NCBI GenBank assembly: GCA_951406725.2
Contig: OX597815.1
Coordinates: forward strand, 21,390,001 to 21,454,000
DNA: 64,000 nt
DNA from: Octopus vulgaris
Lineage: Eukaryota
Direction: 5' to 3'
Position 1 is the first letter of the stretch, and each line of letters opens with the position of its first letter. Positions 11,797-24,870 of the stretch are shown piece by piece. The notes beneath the pieces were generated by a model, which saw nothing but the letters and a program-made list of their open reading frames with translations, did no database searches and was not told the DNA's origin. A program made the translations under genes and the position numbers.

Positions 11797-12151
11797 TCAA
11801 ATGGAATTGTAGTTAAGACACCCGTGCCGGTGACACGTAAATAGCACCGTCCAAACGTGACAGATGCCAGCGCCGCCTGACTGGCGTCCGTGTTGGTGAC
11901 ACATAAAAGCACCAACTGATCGTGGCCATTTGCCAGCCTGCTCTGGCCCCTGTGCCGGTGGCACATAAAAAACACCCACTACACTCATGGAGTGGTTGGC
12001 GTTAGGAAGGGCATCCAGCTGTAGAAACACTGCCAAATCAGACTAGAGCCTGGTGCAGCCTCTATGGCTTACCAGACCCCGGTCTAGCCGTCCAACCCAT
12101 GCTAGCATGGAAAACGGATGTTAAATGATGATGATGATGATGATGATGATG
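11797..12151 (+). mobile_element. RTE-tailed short repeat family C, more than 20 copies (e.g. 2721-3144+, 3425-3753+, 7467-7648+, 15775-16086+, 17933-18325-, 20410-20735-, 22473-22742-, 25448-25730-, 29008-29397-, 30242-30560-, 35480-35726+, 39503-39775+, 40240-40531+, 51603-51900-, 61395-61866+)
   Basis: shared gttggcgttaggaagggcatccagctgtagaaac...aacccatgctagcatggaaa.cggacgttaaa(tga)n. Confidence 0.9.
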
Positions 12152-12560
12152 AATTTCTCATAATCCCTGATTCTTAAAGAATCTCCATTACTCTACTGCA
12201 ATCTCACTTTAGCCCTGCCTGACTTAAATTAGTGTTGCTTTAATATAGATAGCTATTTTAACTTTACTTAGTCTTACAATAAATTAGACATGATTAGAAA
12301 TCAAGTGGGGCTTTAGTTCTTTCTTATGCCTTTACAGTTCAGACTCAAACTTGAACAAAACACTATACATAGTGAAAAACATTGCATTTTTATTCTGAGA
12401 AAATTGAGTAGTCTGGAGGACTAGTGTTTAATTATTCAGCTATCTTTGAATGATCATGGTTACTCAGGATGCTTGTTAAGACATTGATATTTTCTGTTTT
12501 TAGCTTTTTAATTGTTTTAATACTAAAGTTGCTTTTTTTTTTTTTTTTTTTTTTTTGCAG

Positions 12561-12705
12561 CTCTAGTCCTTCTCCTCCTTTGAAACGCAAACGAAAGAAT
12601 ACAGCACCTTCAAGAGACAGTGATAACTCTGAGAATTATGATCAAGATGGATTAAATATTGAAGACACAGAGGACCTTGTTCTGAAGTTAATGCATCAAA
12701 GTTAG
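12561..12705 (+). CDS. DDX10: DDX10 terminal coding exon
   Basis: poly-T-gcag acceptor, SSPSPPLKRKRK...DGLNIEDTEDLVLKLMHQS*; matches the DDX10 end 'GLSLAEDEELVLHLLRSQS'; AATAAA at 12772 and 12967. Confidence 0.9.
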
Positions 12706-13099
12706 CTGTTATAAGTAAATCAGAATTAAAATATTATCTCTTATTGAACAGTTCAGACTTAATTATGGGAAAATAAATATGGGTAGGGGGCTTAAATTAA
12801 TACTAGGGATTTAAAAACTCCTATATGTTTTCCCTACTGTGAACTAAATCCTGAAAGATAATCATTATAAATAAGCCTGAACTGACACACACACACATAC
12901 ATATATTATGTATAGTGTGTGTGTGTGTATGTATATGGCAAAATATCTGATGTGGAATCATGCTAAAATAAACATTGTATTTTCAGATATTTGGACTATC
13001 ATTAAAATTGCTATTAATTATTTACTTCTTAGTCTTCATTGCAAGAAATCTAAGTATTTCATCTCAAAGAAGCAAATCATTAGTTTGTTCTTACATTTA

Positions 13100-13491
13100 C
13101 TAGCAGTATCGCCCGGCGTTGCTCAGGATTGTTTCAACCCTTTAGAATTGAAATTTTTGAAAAGTAAAAATTTTGCATTATGTAGCTTGTTATTCTCTTT
13201 AAGCGAACATTTTTCTGGTTGAAATACACCAAAAAATGGCGACACAGCAGTCAAAAAATCATTAAAAAATAGGGATTTTCATAGAAAAAAAAAACACCTG
13301 TTTGATGTAAATAATTTTTGGTCTTAACATAGTCCAATTTGAATTTTATTTTCTAAGGAATGAAGAGCAAGCCTTCTATCATACTCTCAATTTTGGTCAA
13401 CTTGCGCTGCAGGGTCTCGAAGGAGATAGTGTTAGTTGAAGGCTACCAAACCTGCCATACACAGACAACTTCAGCTTTATCTATAGAGAGA
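13100..13491 (-). mobile_element. non-autonomous Helitron
   Basis: minus strand A|TCTCTCTATAG ... gagcaacgccgggcgatactgCTAG|T. Confidence 0.8.
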
Positions 13492-14684
13492 TTTAATTAG
13501 TTGAGAAGCAGGGTCAGTGCTCTTACATTGGTTGCCTCCCCATATTTGATTGGTGAGATTGTTACTGTTAGTGTCCAATTTGCACTTCTATAGGCCAATA
13601 CTTGGACAGGAACTTTAGGTTACTGTTCCAGAGGCAAATGATGTGTATATGAAAATTAACATCTTTATCATTTTTTTTTTCCTGAAACTTTTTGAAAAGA
13701 TAAATTAACTTCGCAATCTCAATTCTTCTTTATGAAGCAGTTTTTAAAAAACTGCTTCTTTTACCTTAATCCTTATATCATTTTTAGCAAATCTTTCATT
13801 TCTGAGTTTTGTCTGTCATTGCTGAAACATCAAAAACTGATGAAGAAAAGGAATTTGAGTTTAAATTTCTGTCCAGCACATAAATATGGGGATGTGCAAA
13901 TTCACTTTGCAGTTGAGTGGTTAGTGTTTAGGAGAATGCCCTTTCTCCCACAATTCATATATAAATTCACCAAATACCAATGCTAGTTCTCTTTCCTTTA
14001 TCTTTAAATTAAAAACTCCTCTTACATTCATCTGGATACGTTGGTTTGTTAATGAAGTGGTTATCAGAGACTGCTTCAGTTAATAGACTGATAAATGTGG
14101 AAGGAAAGATTTCAGTTGTGCTTGGGACAGGTGAGCTTCTTTGATTGAACAACTCATAAAATAATAATCCTTTCTACTAAAGGCACATGGCCTGAAATTA
14201 AGAGATGGGGGCTAGTCAATTATATCAACTCAGAAAGGGTAAAAGGCAAAGTCAACCTCAGCAGAATTTGAACTCAGAACATAGAGGAGTGAAATGCTGC
14301 TAAGCATTCTGCTCAGCATGTAAACGATTCTGCCAGCTTGCTGCCTTCAACTCATAAAAATAATAGAAACATAATATCCCCACTCACCTCCCAAAATACA
14401 GGTGTTATCAAGAAATTCTTTATCAGTGTTTTTATTACATATGTTGGATAGTTCTAGAGTTTGGCAGATTTGCATTGTCTCATCCATGAAGTTACGTTAC
14501 ACGTTCCAAGATTTACGTTCACTTTCCCTATGTTTCCCTTTACCTTCTATTCACGGCATAAATCACTATACAACTTACAAACCTAACACACAATACATGA
14601 TGGCTTCAATAAGAAAAAAGAACTTTCCACACATACTATTCTAATGTCAATAACAAAGTCATTGTCTTTATCATCATCATTTAA

Positions 14685-14875
14685 CCCTTTAGTGATTGCA
14701 TTATTCTGCCAAAATGAATGCTTTTTCATCCTCATTGTTTTGAACTAATCATGCATTATCTTGTAGTTATGAGAATTTGATGAGGTAGCTGTTAATTTTT
14801 AAAACGATATTGTAGGGTTGGTGTGAGAGACCAGATCTCACCAGTTTGAACATGGCTGGTTTAAATGCTAAAGGG
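14685..14875. mobile_element. piggyBac-like MITE inserted in the TTAA of a SINE tail
   Basis: TTAA|CCCTTTAG...CTAAAGGG|TTAA; interrupts catcatttaa|cgtc. Confidence 0.85.
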
Positions 14876-17714
14876 TTAACGTCTGTTGTCCATGCTGGCA
14901 TGGGTTGGACAGTTTGACCAGGGCTGGCAAGCTGGAAGGGTCCACTAGACTCCATTCTGATTTGGTATGGTTTCTATGGCTGGGTGCCCTTCCTAACACC
15001 AACCACTCCGAATGTGAAATGGGTGCTTTTACATGCCACTGGCATGGGTGCCATTTGCATGATATGAATATCTGCCATGACTGTGATTTTACTTGGCTTT
15101 ATGGGTTTTCTTCTCAAGTGCAACATAATGCCAAAGGTCTCAATTATTCATCATTGCTTCCATGAGACCCAACACTCAAAAGGAGCTTTTCATGTACCAC
15201 CAGCATTAGCCACTTTGCCCCTGTGAGGCCCAATGCTCAAAAGGTGCTTTTTACATGCTTCCACTATCCATAGATTCAACTGACAGCAGTTTAAACAGAA
15301 AGTTAACACCATAAATTTCACTGGTCTGAAAGGGTCTCTGAAGGCCATGAGCCCTTTCTCCAAACCACTAAACCTTTTTAACAGACCAATCTGATAACAA
15401 GCCTTCCTGAAACCGCCCATGGTTCTATGATACCAGGTTTCTCTTTTAAAGTGGTCTAAATGAAAATCTACCACCAAAATTTTATGCTATATTCCAAATA
15501 ACAGCTTCAAAATGACAAAATTATTTTACTAACTACATTATTTTCAAAATTAACTGAATCAAAAGTAGCATATTTCTATGGAAATATAGTAACAAAAGGG
15601 TTAAGAAACAACTCAAAATGCTGCCTAACAAACTACCAATCAGATAGCCAAACCTATGTGATGTACAGAAACAACTCTAGCGAAACTTGGACTATTCTAA
15701 ATCAAATACAAGGAATCATCTTTCGTCCAATTTTTTCAACATATACCTACATAATTTTTGTACACAAATAAATATCAAATGGAAATTGTAGTTGTGATAT
15801 CTGTGCCGGTGGCACGTAAAAAGCACCATCCGAACGTGGCCAATGCCAGCGCCGCCTTCACTGGCTTCTGTGCCGGTAGCACATAAAAAGCACCAACTGA
15901 TTGTGGCCGCTGCCAGCCTCCCCTGGCACGTAAAAAGCACCCACTACACTCACAGAATGGTTGGCGTTAGGAAGGGCATCCAGCTGTAGAAACACTGCCA
16001 GATCAGACTGGAGCCTGGTGCAGCCTCCAGACTCTGGTCCAACCCATGCTAGCACGGAAAATGGACATTAAACGATGATGATGATGAAGCTCATTCAAAC
16101 ATGACATCACAGTCACATCTTCCCACTATTCTCTAGATAGCTGTACATCTTCAACACCACATCAATCACTGTAGAAGCCTAGGTCTAAAACATCAGCTGC
16201 TGTATCCACCTCTTCTTTTCCTCACAACAATGTAATGCCAGAGAAAATACAACCAACCATCATACTGAACAACATAAATATACTACAAAGACAAAAATAT
16301 TGGAGCCAATGAGGCAGCCTCTATGTTGTTAGCTGTCCTGCTTGAAATAGCAATCAAGTTATACTCTGATGTCTTAAATAAAGGACACATTAGATAACGT
16401 AGTCCTTGATACACTTAAAATAGATGGAATGTTTACAGATGGAAAGCCTTTGATCATAGAACTGCTTCATTAAGATTGACTTGGTTCCAAAGAATTACCA
16501 CATTTATAGCACTCAGAAGACAGATAAGAAAGCAAAACAATTCACAGAACCATGCAGAGCATTCAAAGCTATTGCATTTGGCCAACAGAAAGGGAAAACA
16601 GTACTCTCTTTACTTGTTTCAGTCATTTGACTGCGGCCATGCTGGGTCACCGCCTTTAATTGAGCAACTCGAACCCCAGGACTTATTCTTTGGTAAGCCC
16701 AGTACTTATTCTATCGGTCTCTTTTGCCGAACCGCTAAGTAGCGGGAACATAAACACACCAGCATCAGTTGTCAAGCAATGCTAGGGAAACAAACACAGG
16801 CACACAAATACACACACGCATATATATATGCATATATACGACGGGCTTCTTTCAGTTTCCATCTACCAAATCCACTCACAAGGCTTTGGTCGGCCCAAGG
16901 CTATAGTAGAAGACACTTGCTCAAGGTGCCACGCAGTGGGACTGAACCCGGAACCATGTGGTTGGTAAACAAGCTACTTACCACACAGCCACTCCTGCGT
17001 AGTGAACGAATAATACATTATGGTTAGGCTCGTTTAGGCCTCCCTCCCTCCCTGTTTCTCCACAATCCACAATAAACTACATAGTACACAAAACAATGCA
17101 TTACACATCACCACAGACTGCCTACACAATGAAATAAAAATGAAAGATTACTTGGACATAGGCGCAGGAGTGGCTGTGTGGTAAGAAGCTTGCTTACCAA
17201 CCACATGGCTCCGGGTTCAGTCCCACTGCGTGGCACCTTGGGCACGTGTCTTCTACTATAGCCTCGGGCTGACCAAAGCCTTGTGAGTGGATTTGGTAGA
17301 CAGAAACTGAAAGAAGCCCATCGTATATATGTAGATATATATATATATATATGTGCGTGTGTCTGTGTTTGTCCCCCTAGTATTGCTTGACAACCAATGC
17401 TGGTGTGTTTATGTCCCCGTCACTTAGCGGTTCGGCAAAACAGACCGATAGAATAAGTACTGGGCTTACAAAGAATAAGTCCCAGGGTCGAGTTGCTCGA
17501 TTAAAGGTGGTGCTCCAGCATGGCCGCAGTCTGTGGAATCCAACTGAAACAAGTAAAAGAGAGAGTAAAGAGTATGTACTGTTTTTGACCGCAACAAACA
17601 CTGCAATGAGCTGAACACCAATAATACATGCAGAGGAACAGCAACCGTCGCACTCTGGCCAAGTCTACCTTGCCTGCTTATGGGACAGCCATCACCAGAA
17701 TTTGAGGGTATGTA

Positions 17715-17923
17715 TAAGGTGGTGCTGAAAAGTTCCGGCTTTGGGTAACAGAAAATACAGACAGATCAGTTCATTTATTCAACATATTCCCCTCTCAGAT
17801 TCACACACTTATTGCGGCAGTCCTTCAGTTTTGCTAAACCTTGTAAAAGAACTTGTAAAGTTGGGCCTCCAAACAGGCCTTTCGCAATACTCTTAAAGCC
17901 AGGAATTTTTTAGCACCCCCTCG
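17715..17923. mobile_element. Tc1/mariner-type MITE
   Basis: TA TSD; TIR (c)gaggggtgctgaaaagttcctggcttt; second copy at 49283. Confidence 0.8.
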
Positions 17924-18666
17924 TATAAATAATCATCATCATCATCATCGTTTAGCGTCCGCTTTCCATGCTAGCATGGGTTGGCGGTTCAACTGGGGTC
18001 TGGGAAGCCAGAAGGCTACACCAGGCCCAGTCTGATCTGGCAATGTTTCTACAGCTGGATGCCCTTCCTAACGCCAACCACTCCATGAGTGTAGTGGGTG
18101 TTTTTTACGTGCCACTGGCACAGGTGTCAGACGAGGCTGGCAAACGGCCACAATCATATGGTGCTTTTTATGTGCCACCGGCACGGGGGCCAGGCGAGGC
18201 TGGCAACGGCCATGAACGGATGGTGCTTTTTACATGCCACTAGCACGAGGCCAGTCAGGGCGGCGCTGGCAACGGCCACTTTCGGATGGTTCTCTTATGT
18301 ACCACCTGCACTGGTATCACAGCTGCAGAAAAAAATGTAACATATCCATACTATTGCACTGCACCCAAACAATTCATCACTATACGTTGCAGTGTGCAAT
18401 TTGACCCTCAGTGAAAAAACAGAAGTGAATCACAATTTGGTCAACTACCTGCATGTTTTAGTCGTGGTTGATCAAGGCTGACCTGAGATTGCACAACTGC
18501 AACACAAATATTCTAAGTAGTTAAAGACATATTAGTATTCAGTACAGAAATTTGATCATTAATAAAGAAGAGATATAGACTGATCATCACATCATTTTGG
18601 TTATGAATGGGCACAGCTTGTCATTCTCAGTTTAATTATCCAATAATGAATCCAAATATTCTTGTC

Positions 18667-18965
18667 ATATTGTTATATTTCGGAATGGTCATTTTGCCAG
18701 TTTAGCCAATAAAAACACACGCACTATATATTTGGTGTTATTTTGCTTCAGTGTTATGATTTTTAAAAAGATAAAAAAAACTCTTCTACATCAATTTTAC
18801 CATTACTCCACAATAAGAACTCTTCTAAATAATTATGTACATTGAAGTGTTGGCCTTTCTAATGATTGATGACCTTAATATAGCTAATCATAACACCAAA
18901 TATATAGTGCGTGTGTTTTTTATTGGCTAAACTGGCAAAATGACCATTCCAAAATATAACAATAT
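18667..18965. mobile_element. TIR element with ~75-bp inverted repeats (probably TA-targeting) carrying a copy of local host sequence
   Basis: 18667-18741 is the reverse complement of 18890-18965; the interior matches 19283-19339 plus 19733-19812. Confidence 0.85.
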
Positions 18966-19144
18966 CTGTTTCAACACACGACTTCACATAAAAAATCTTG
19001 CACAACAAATATATAAATATTCTTGTTATATTTTTATATATAAAATTTTTATTTAATAAAAGTTTGTCGTCGTCATCAACATCACACTGCTCCTTTCATA
19101 ATTTATAAAAAATGCTTTGTACATAAATTTATTAAAAGATACCT

Positions 19145-19235
19145 TCAGCTCAACTGGCTATTTATTTTGCTGTAATGTAAGTAGTTTTCCAATAGAAACA
19201 TAGTGGAATCCAACTGAATCTCGCACTGATCCAAT
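19145..19235 (-). CDS. POLR3C: POLR3C terminal coding exon 15
   Basis: LDQCEIQLDSTMFLLENYLHYSKINSQLS*; cf. LDASEIQVDETIFLLESYI; minus-strand AATAAA at 19128-19133 and 19048-19053. Confidence 0.93.
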
Positions 19236-19339
19236 CTAGCAAAAATAATAATAAAAATATATCATGAGATTGAGTACATTAGGATTTTTAAAAAGATAAA
19301 AAAAAAACTCTTCTACATCAATTTCACCATTCCTCCACA

Positions 19340-19732
19340 GGCGCAGGAGTGGCTGTGTGGTAAGTAGCTTGCTAACCAACCACATGGTTCCGGGTTCAGT
19401 CCCACTGCGTGGCATCTTGGGCAAATGTCTTCTGCTATAGCCCCGGGCCGAACAATGCTTTGTGAGTGGATTTGGTAGACAGAAACTGAAAGAAGCCTGT
19501 CGTATATATGTATGTTGTGTGTCTGTGTTTGTCTCCCTAGCATTGCTTGACAACCGATGCTGGTGTATTTACGTCCCTGTCACTTAGCGGTTCGACAAAA
19601 GAGACCGATAGAATAAGTACTGGGCTTACAAAGAATAAGTCCCGGGGTCGATTTGCTCGACTAAAGGCGGTGCTCCAGTATGGCCGCAGTCAAATGACTG
19701 AAACAAGTAAAAGAGTAAAAAGAGAGAGAGAG
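19340..19732 (+). mobile_element. tRNA-derived SINE family B. Other copies: 8199-8636+, 8731-8850+, 9176-9537-, 16603-16999-, 17161-17572+, 21035-21412+, 44830-44988-, 62278-62680+
   Basis: A box tggctgtgtggt, B box ggttcagtccc, central (TA/TG)n, tail gactgaaacaagtaaaagag. Confidence 0.9.
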
Positions 19733-19882
19733 TAAGAACTCTTCTATATAATTATGTACAGTGAAGTGTTGGCCTTTCTAATGATTGATGACCTTAATAT
19801 AGCTAATCATAAGGTGGATGTGGAACTTATTCTTTATTAAATAAACAGAAGTAAACCATGACAATATATGCAGCAGGTTTAA

Positions 19883-20009
19883 CCCTTTAGCATTCAGATT
19901 ACTCTGTCAAATGCTCTGCTTACTTATTCACATTGCTTTGAATTAACCATGTATTACCTTGTAGCTAAGACATTTTCATGATGTGATTATTTAGTTGGTA
20001 TCAAAAGGG
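19883..20009. mobile_element. piggyBac-like MITE (internally deleted)
   Basis: TTAA|CCCTTT...AAAGGG|TTAA; similar to the 14685 copy. Confidence 0.75.
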
Positions 20010-20840
20010 TTAAGCATATTTGAACTGGTAAGTTTCTTTCATCAAGATGGCAATATGGTACAATATTCTAACTGATGCGGTGGTCACTAGATCAGTTAGA
20101 AACAACAACCAAATCTCGGTTGTTTTAAAAAGAGAAAGATACATTTGGTAATGCAGTTCTAGAAGTACATAAAGTCGGCCGTTGGAATGCCTTTAATCAT
20201 ACTGCTGATCATGAGCTAAACAACAAAAACGTGTTGGACAATGTAGTTCCTGGTTATGAAATGACAAGGTAGTCATGGGTGGAACGCTTAAATTATGGGC
20301 CTGCTCGAACATGAATGAGCTGAGTCTAAACAACAACAGCAGCCAACTGGTCAATTAAACATTTGTGTCACTGAATTGCTTCTTCTCTGCCTACTTCAAG
20401 TAAAACTATTCATCATCATCATCATCATCGTTTAACGTCCGCTTTCCATGCTAGCATGGGTTGGACGATTTTCACTGAGGGCTGGCGAACCAGATGGCTG
20501 CACCAGGCTCCAATCTTGATCTGGCAGAGTTTCTACAGCTGGATGCCCTTCCTAACGCCAACCACTCCGAGAGTGTAGTGGGTGCTTTTATGTGCCACCG
20601 GCACAGGGGTCAGTCAGGCGGTACTGGCAATGACCTTGCTCAAATCATTTTACACGTGCCACCGGCACAGGTACCAGTTAAGCGACGGTAACGATCACGC
20701 TCGAATGGTGCCCTTTTACGTGCCACGGGTACGGAAGGTACTGTGATCTTCCTGTGAACCATTGTCAATTCTTTAACAAAGACTCTGAAACCTCACCTAT
20801 TCAGTTCACTTTAATGTATTACAATGATGCCAGAACTTAC

Positions 20841-20987
20841 TTGTTTATATCCTGTTTTACTTTGGCAAGTTGGTTTCGTTCAGCTGGAGTGATAGTTTGT
20901 TCCACTTCCACTTTTTGAGATTCATCAACACTTTGGTCAAGGGATGCAATAATTGCTTCAACTCTTTGCTGTTTATCAAGCAGTCGC
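20841..20987 (-). CDS. POLR3C: POLR3C coding exon 14
   Basis: RLLDKQQRVEAIIASLDQSVDESQKVEVEQTITPAERNQLAKVKQDIN(K)|gtaagt. Confidence 0.95.
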
Positions 20988-22163
20988 CTAAAATACAATA
21001 AATTTAGTAAACATTTGTATAATTTGTGAAAGATAGGAGTGGCCGTGAGGTAAGTAGCTTGCTTATGAACCACGTGGTTCCAGGTTCAGTCCCACTGCAT
21101 GGCACCTTGGGCAAGTGTCTTCTACTATAGCCTCGGGCCAACCAAAGCCTTGTGAGTGGATTTGGTAGATGGAAACTGAAAGAAGCCCGTCGTATATATA
21201 TGCATGTGTGTGTGTGTCTGTGTTTGTCCCCCACCAACATCGCTTGACAACCGATGCTGGCGTGTTTATGTCCCCGTAACTTAGCGGTTCGGTAAAAGAG
21301 ACTGATAGAATAAGTACTAGGCTTACAAAGAATAAGTCCTGGGGTCGATTTGCTCGACTAAAGGCAGTGCTCCAGCATGGCCACAGTCACATGACTGAAA
21401 CAAGTAAAAGAGATAATTTCAGTTTGCTTAATAATTTAGCTTACAGAGTGTCTGGGCCCACTCTTCAAGAAAAGATAATTTGGTTCAAAACAATAAAGAT
21501 TTAAAGATTTCTGCATTGTACAATCAGTGTTCTGTCTGAGAAGAACTGACATGGGCTAAATAACAAATGCCTCGCTCAATCAATTCATCAACCATTGTGC
21601 AGTTGATATTGCTCAATGGTTTACATACGCCTTTGTCTTAGAAAAAGATTTACAGAATAATATCATAACACAGCAAGCTGGCAGAAACGTTAGCACACCA
21701 GGCGAAGTGCTTAGCGGTATTTCGTCTGCCATTTATGTTCTGAGTTCAAATTCCGCCGAGGTCGACTTTGCCTTTCATTCTTTCGGGGTCGATAAATTAA
21801 GTACCAGTTACGCACTGGGGTCGATGTAATCGACTTAATCCCTTTGTCTGTCCTTGTTTGTCCCCTCTGTATTTAGCCCCTTATGAGTAGTAAAGAAATA
21901 AGAATAATATCATAACACGGTATGTCTATAAAACTTTTGGTAAAATCTGACTAGAAATGACAGCTGAACCTAAAATAATGATATGACTTAGTGCTACTTC
22001 AAAAACTCATACTTCCAAGAATCTACATTTTCCAACCCTCAATCAAATACCAATTATATATATTCTATCTTTATAACAGTTTGAATTACCCAGTCTTCTT
22101 TCCTAATGACTCAAATCTCCCACTGTGCTACTCTCTGCTTAAACCAAAATAATATTGACTTAC

Positions 22164-22213
22164 CTGTGTTCCTTCACTTCGTGTTCCCTCCTTAGCATGG
22201 CATTGCCTATAGC
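22164..22213 (-). CDS. POLR3C: POLR3C coding exon 13
   Basis: AIGNAMLRREHEVKEH(R)|gtaagt. Confidence 0.9.
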
Positions 22214-22982
22214 CTGTAAGAAATAAACAGGGGAATAGTTAATTACCATCACCTTGCTTAATGTCTGTCTTACCTATATTGCAGAAATAAGTTATTATTC
22301 CAGTAGCAAAGTTTAGTCAAACTGTTAAACTTATAGTGTTTTTTGTTATACTACATTTCAATTGATAGATTTTCCAGGTCTCTTCAAGTGCAACCTGATT
22401 TTAAATATATTATTTACACTATGAGTTGGCCCAAGTTAAACTCACAAACATACACAATAATGATTGATAATATCATCATCATCATCATTGTTTAACGTCT
22501 GCTTTCCATGCTAGCATGGGTTGGACGATTTTGACTGAAGGCTGGCGAACCAGATGGCTGCACCAGGCTCCAATCTTGATTTGGCAGAGTTTCTACAGCT
22601 GGATACCCTTCCTAACTCTGAGAGTGTAGTGGGTGCTTTTATGTGCTACTGGCATGGGGCCAGTCAGGCGGTACTGGCAACGACCTTGCTCAAATCTTTT
22701 TACACATGCCACCAGCACAGGTGCCAGTAACACGACGTTGGTAGTAATAATGGATAAGAATCACCAAAGATTTAGGAACTGAAGCTTAAGAAAATATATA
22801 ATGATGATGATTAACTAGAGTGACAGGTTTTCATTAAATTGAGTCACATTAGCCGCAATATTCAGTCTTGTTCTATCAAGAGATCTCCAATTAAATAACA
22901 AGATGAACTCTAATCAAAAGTGAAATGCTTGAAGAAAGAGAAAAGGGCAAAAAAATTTTTATCAAAATTCCATTTATCTAAC

Positions 22983-23084
22983 CTGGTAACAGCGCTTCAG
23001 TAACATCCTTGCTACTCGTGGGATTTCAACTCGAAACAAGAAAAATGTCCGGGATGGTGCATGATCAGGCGCTTTGGAAACTTC
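22983..23084 (-). CDS. POLR3C: POLR3C coding exon 12
   Basis: EVSKAPDHAPSRTFFLFRVEIPRVARMLLKRCYQ, with the PDHAPSRTF motif. Confidence 0.95.
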
Positions 23085-24159
23085 CTATAACAGAAACAGA
23101 AAATGCAATAAATGATAAGACTTTAATATGATTAAGCAATGTGTTAATTACACACAATAGTTGTTCTGAGACTAGATGAAATCACAAATATACTGGATGA
23201 TAAAACTTTCAAGAACCAACAAAGAAGCCTCTACATGGTTACACAACCTGCTAGAAATACCAGCCAAATTTCCCTCATATAACACCCTACAGTCAAAAAA
23301 AATAGAGAGCACACTTGATAATATAATCCAAAATACACTACTTATAAAAACAAAAAAAGAAGATACAATAGTCATGGCTGGAATACCTTTTATCATAGGT
23401 CTGCTAGAACAGAGCCGATATGGGGACGGCGATAGTAAAAACAAGACATAAATGGTGTGAACTTTATTGCTAGCCTGACAGTCTGTCGTGAATTTTGGCA
23501 GAGGACACAGTGTCACAAAATGCTAATAACAGCAGCTGAAATACAGTCAGTGATAAGTGGCTGTGTAAGGAGAAGTTACCTGGCTTAGCTGGTCTTCTCT
23601 ACAAGCTTTATATAGACACACTGAATTTATGAATAGCTATAGAAAAAGGAAAAATTCTTAGGTCTATGAGCTAGGAAACAGTAATACTGTTGAGAAAGGG
23701 TGCAAATAAAGGGGCTATCATTTTCAGCCCATACCTTTGCTGACTACAGAATTTATGCACTAGAAAAGAAATTAGTGCCTGTCACCAGTAGTTTGATCAA
23801 GAAAATATAAGTATGTGTAATCCCATGTAGATATATCCAAGATAAGCCCTCCACCGAAATTGCTGGCCTTGTGCCAAAATTTGAAATCATTACATAAGAA
23901 GGTCCTTGCCATGAATTTGGGAAACGAGCTACAAAAGGTTAATAAGATCAGAGTTAAATAGAACTGAAACAGAGCGTCTATATAGCCACTTGACATACTA
24001 GAAATCACAGACAAATCACCCCTGATATCTTCAAAAATGAAGAGGTACATAAGATAATCTAGTGCAAGATACACTAAACCTGAGAAAAATGTGTTAAATG
24101 AACACTCCATGAAAGATGGAGAGGTCAAGGTTAAAATGCCTTTGGTCATAAGTCTGCTC

Positions 24160-24517
24160 GGATCTTTTCACTTTGACCAGCAGATTTTTAAAATAATTTC
24201 TTTGTAACTAAACACTTTTAAACTTCGTATACTGGTAGTGTGTTACGTAAAACATCTTTTTCTCTTGGCTTTCTTGAGAAAATTCTGTAGTTTGTAAGCT
24301 ATTTGTTGTTTAATTTCTTGCATTCTGGCAATTTCAACCAATCAATGACGTCTATTGAGGTGAATGCAATTTCTGCCATAGTTTGTCAACAACATTTTCC
24401 CAAGAAAGCCAAGAGAAAAAGATGTTTTATGTAACACACTACCAGTATACGAAGTTTAAAAGTGTTTAGTTACAAAGAAATTATTTTAAAAATCTGCCGG
24501 TCAAAGCGAAAAGATCC
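24160..24517. mobile_element. fold-back relative of the GGATC MITE family with ~115-bp TIRs
   Basis: 8-bp TSD GTCTGCTC; both arms correspond to one end of the other four copies. Confidence 0.85.
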
Positions 24518-24636
24518 GTCTGCTCTAACAGGACTGACCTAGAGCTTCAACAACTGAGGCAGAACAAACACCAACCAACTCTTACATAAACCAACATAGA
24601 AACAATAAGAAATATTTAGAAAAGTAAATAACATAC

Positions 24637-24720
24637 AGTGACAAATAGAAAACCATCAGCAAACATATTATACATAATTTCTTTGACTTCTTTGGCAGGA
24701 ATCATGGCATATTCTTCAAT
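24637..24720 (-). CDS. POLR3C: POLR3C coding exon 11
   Basis: IEEYAMIPAKEVKEIMYNMFADGFLFVT|gtatgt, with the AMIPAKE motif. Confidence 0.95.
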
Positions 24721-24870
24721 CTGAAACATGAAAATAAAATTATATAAATTTCTATTTTCACAATTCTACCAATCCACCACACTTGAAATTTCTTAAATTA
24801 AGAATGAATTTAGAATAAATCTATTTATTCTAATCTATAGCACTAGTAACTAACTCTCTATTTATTGACA

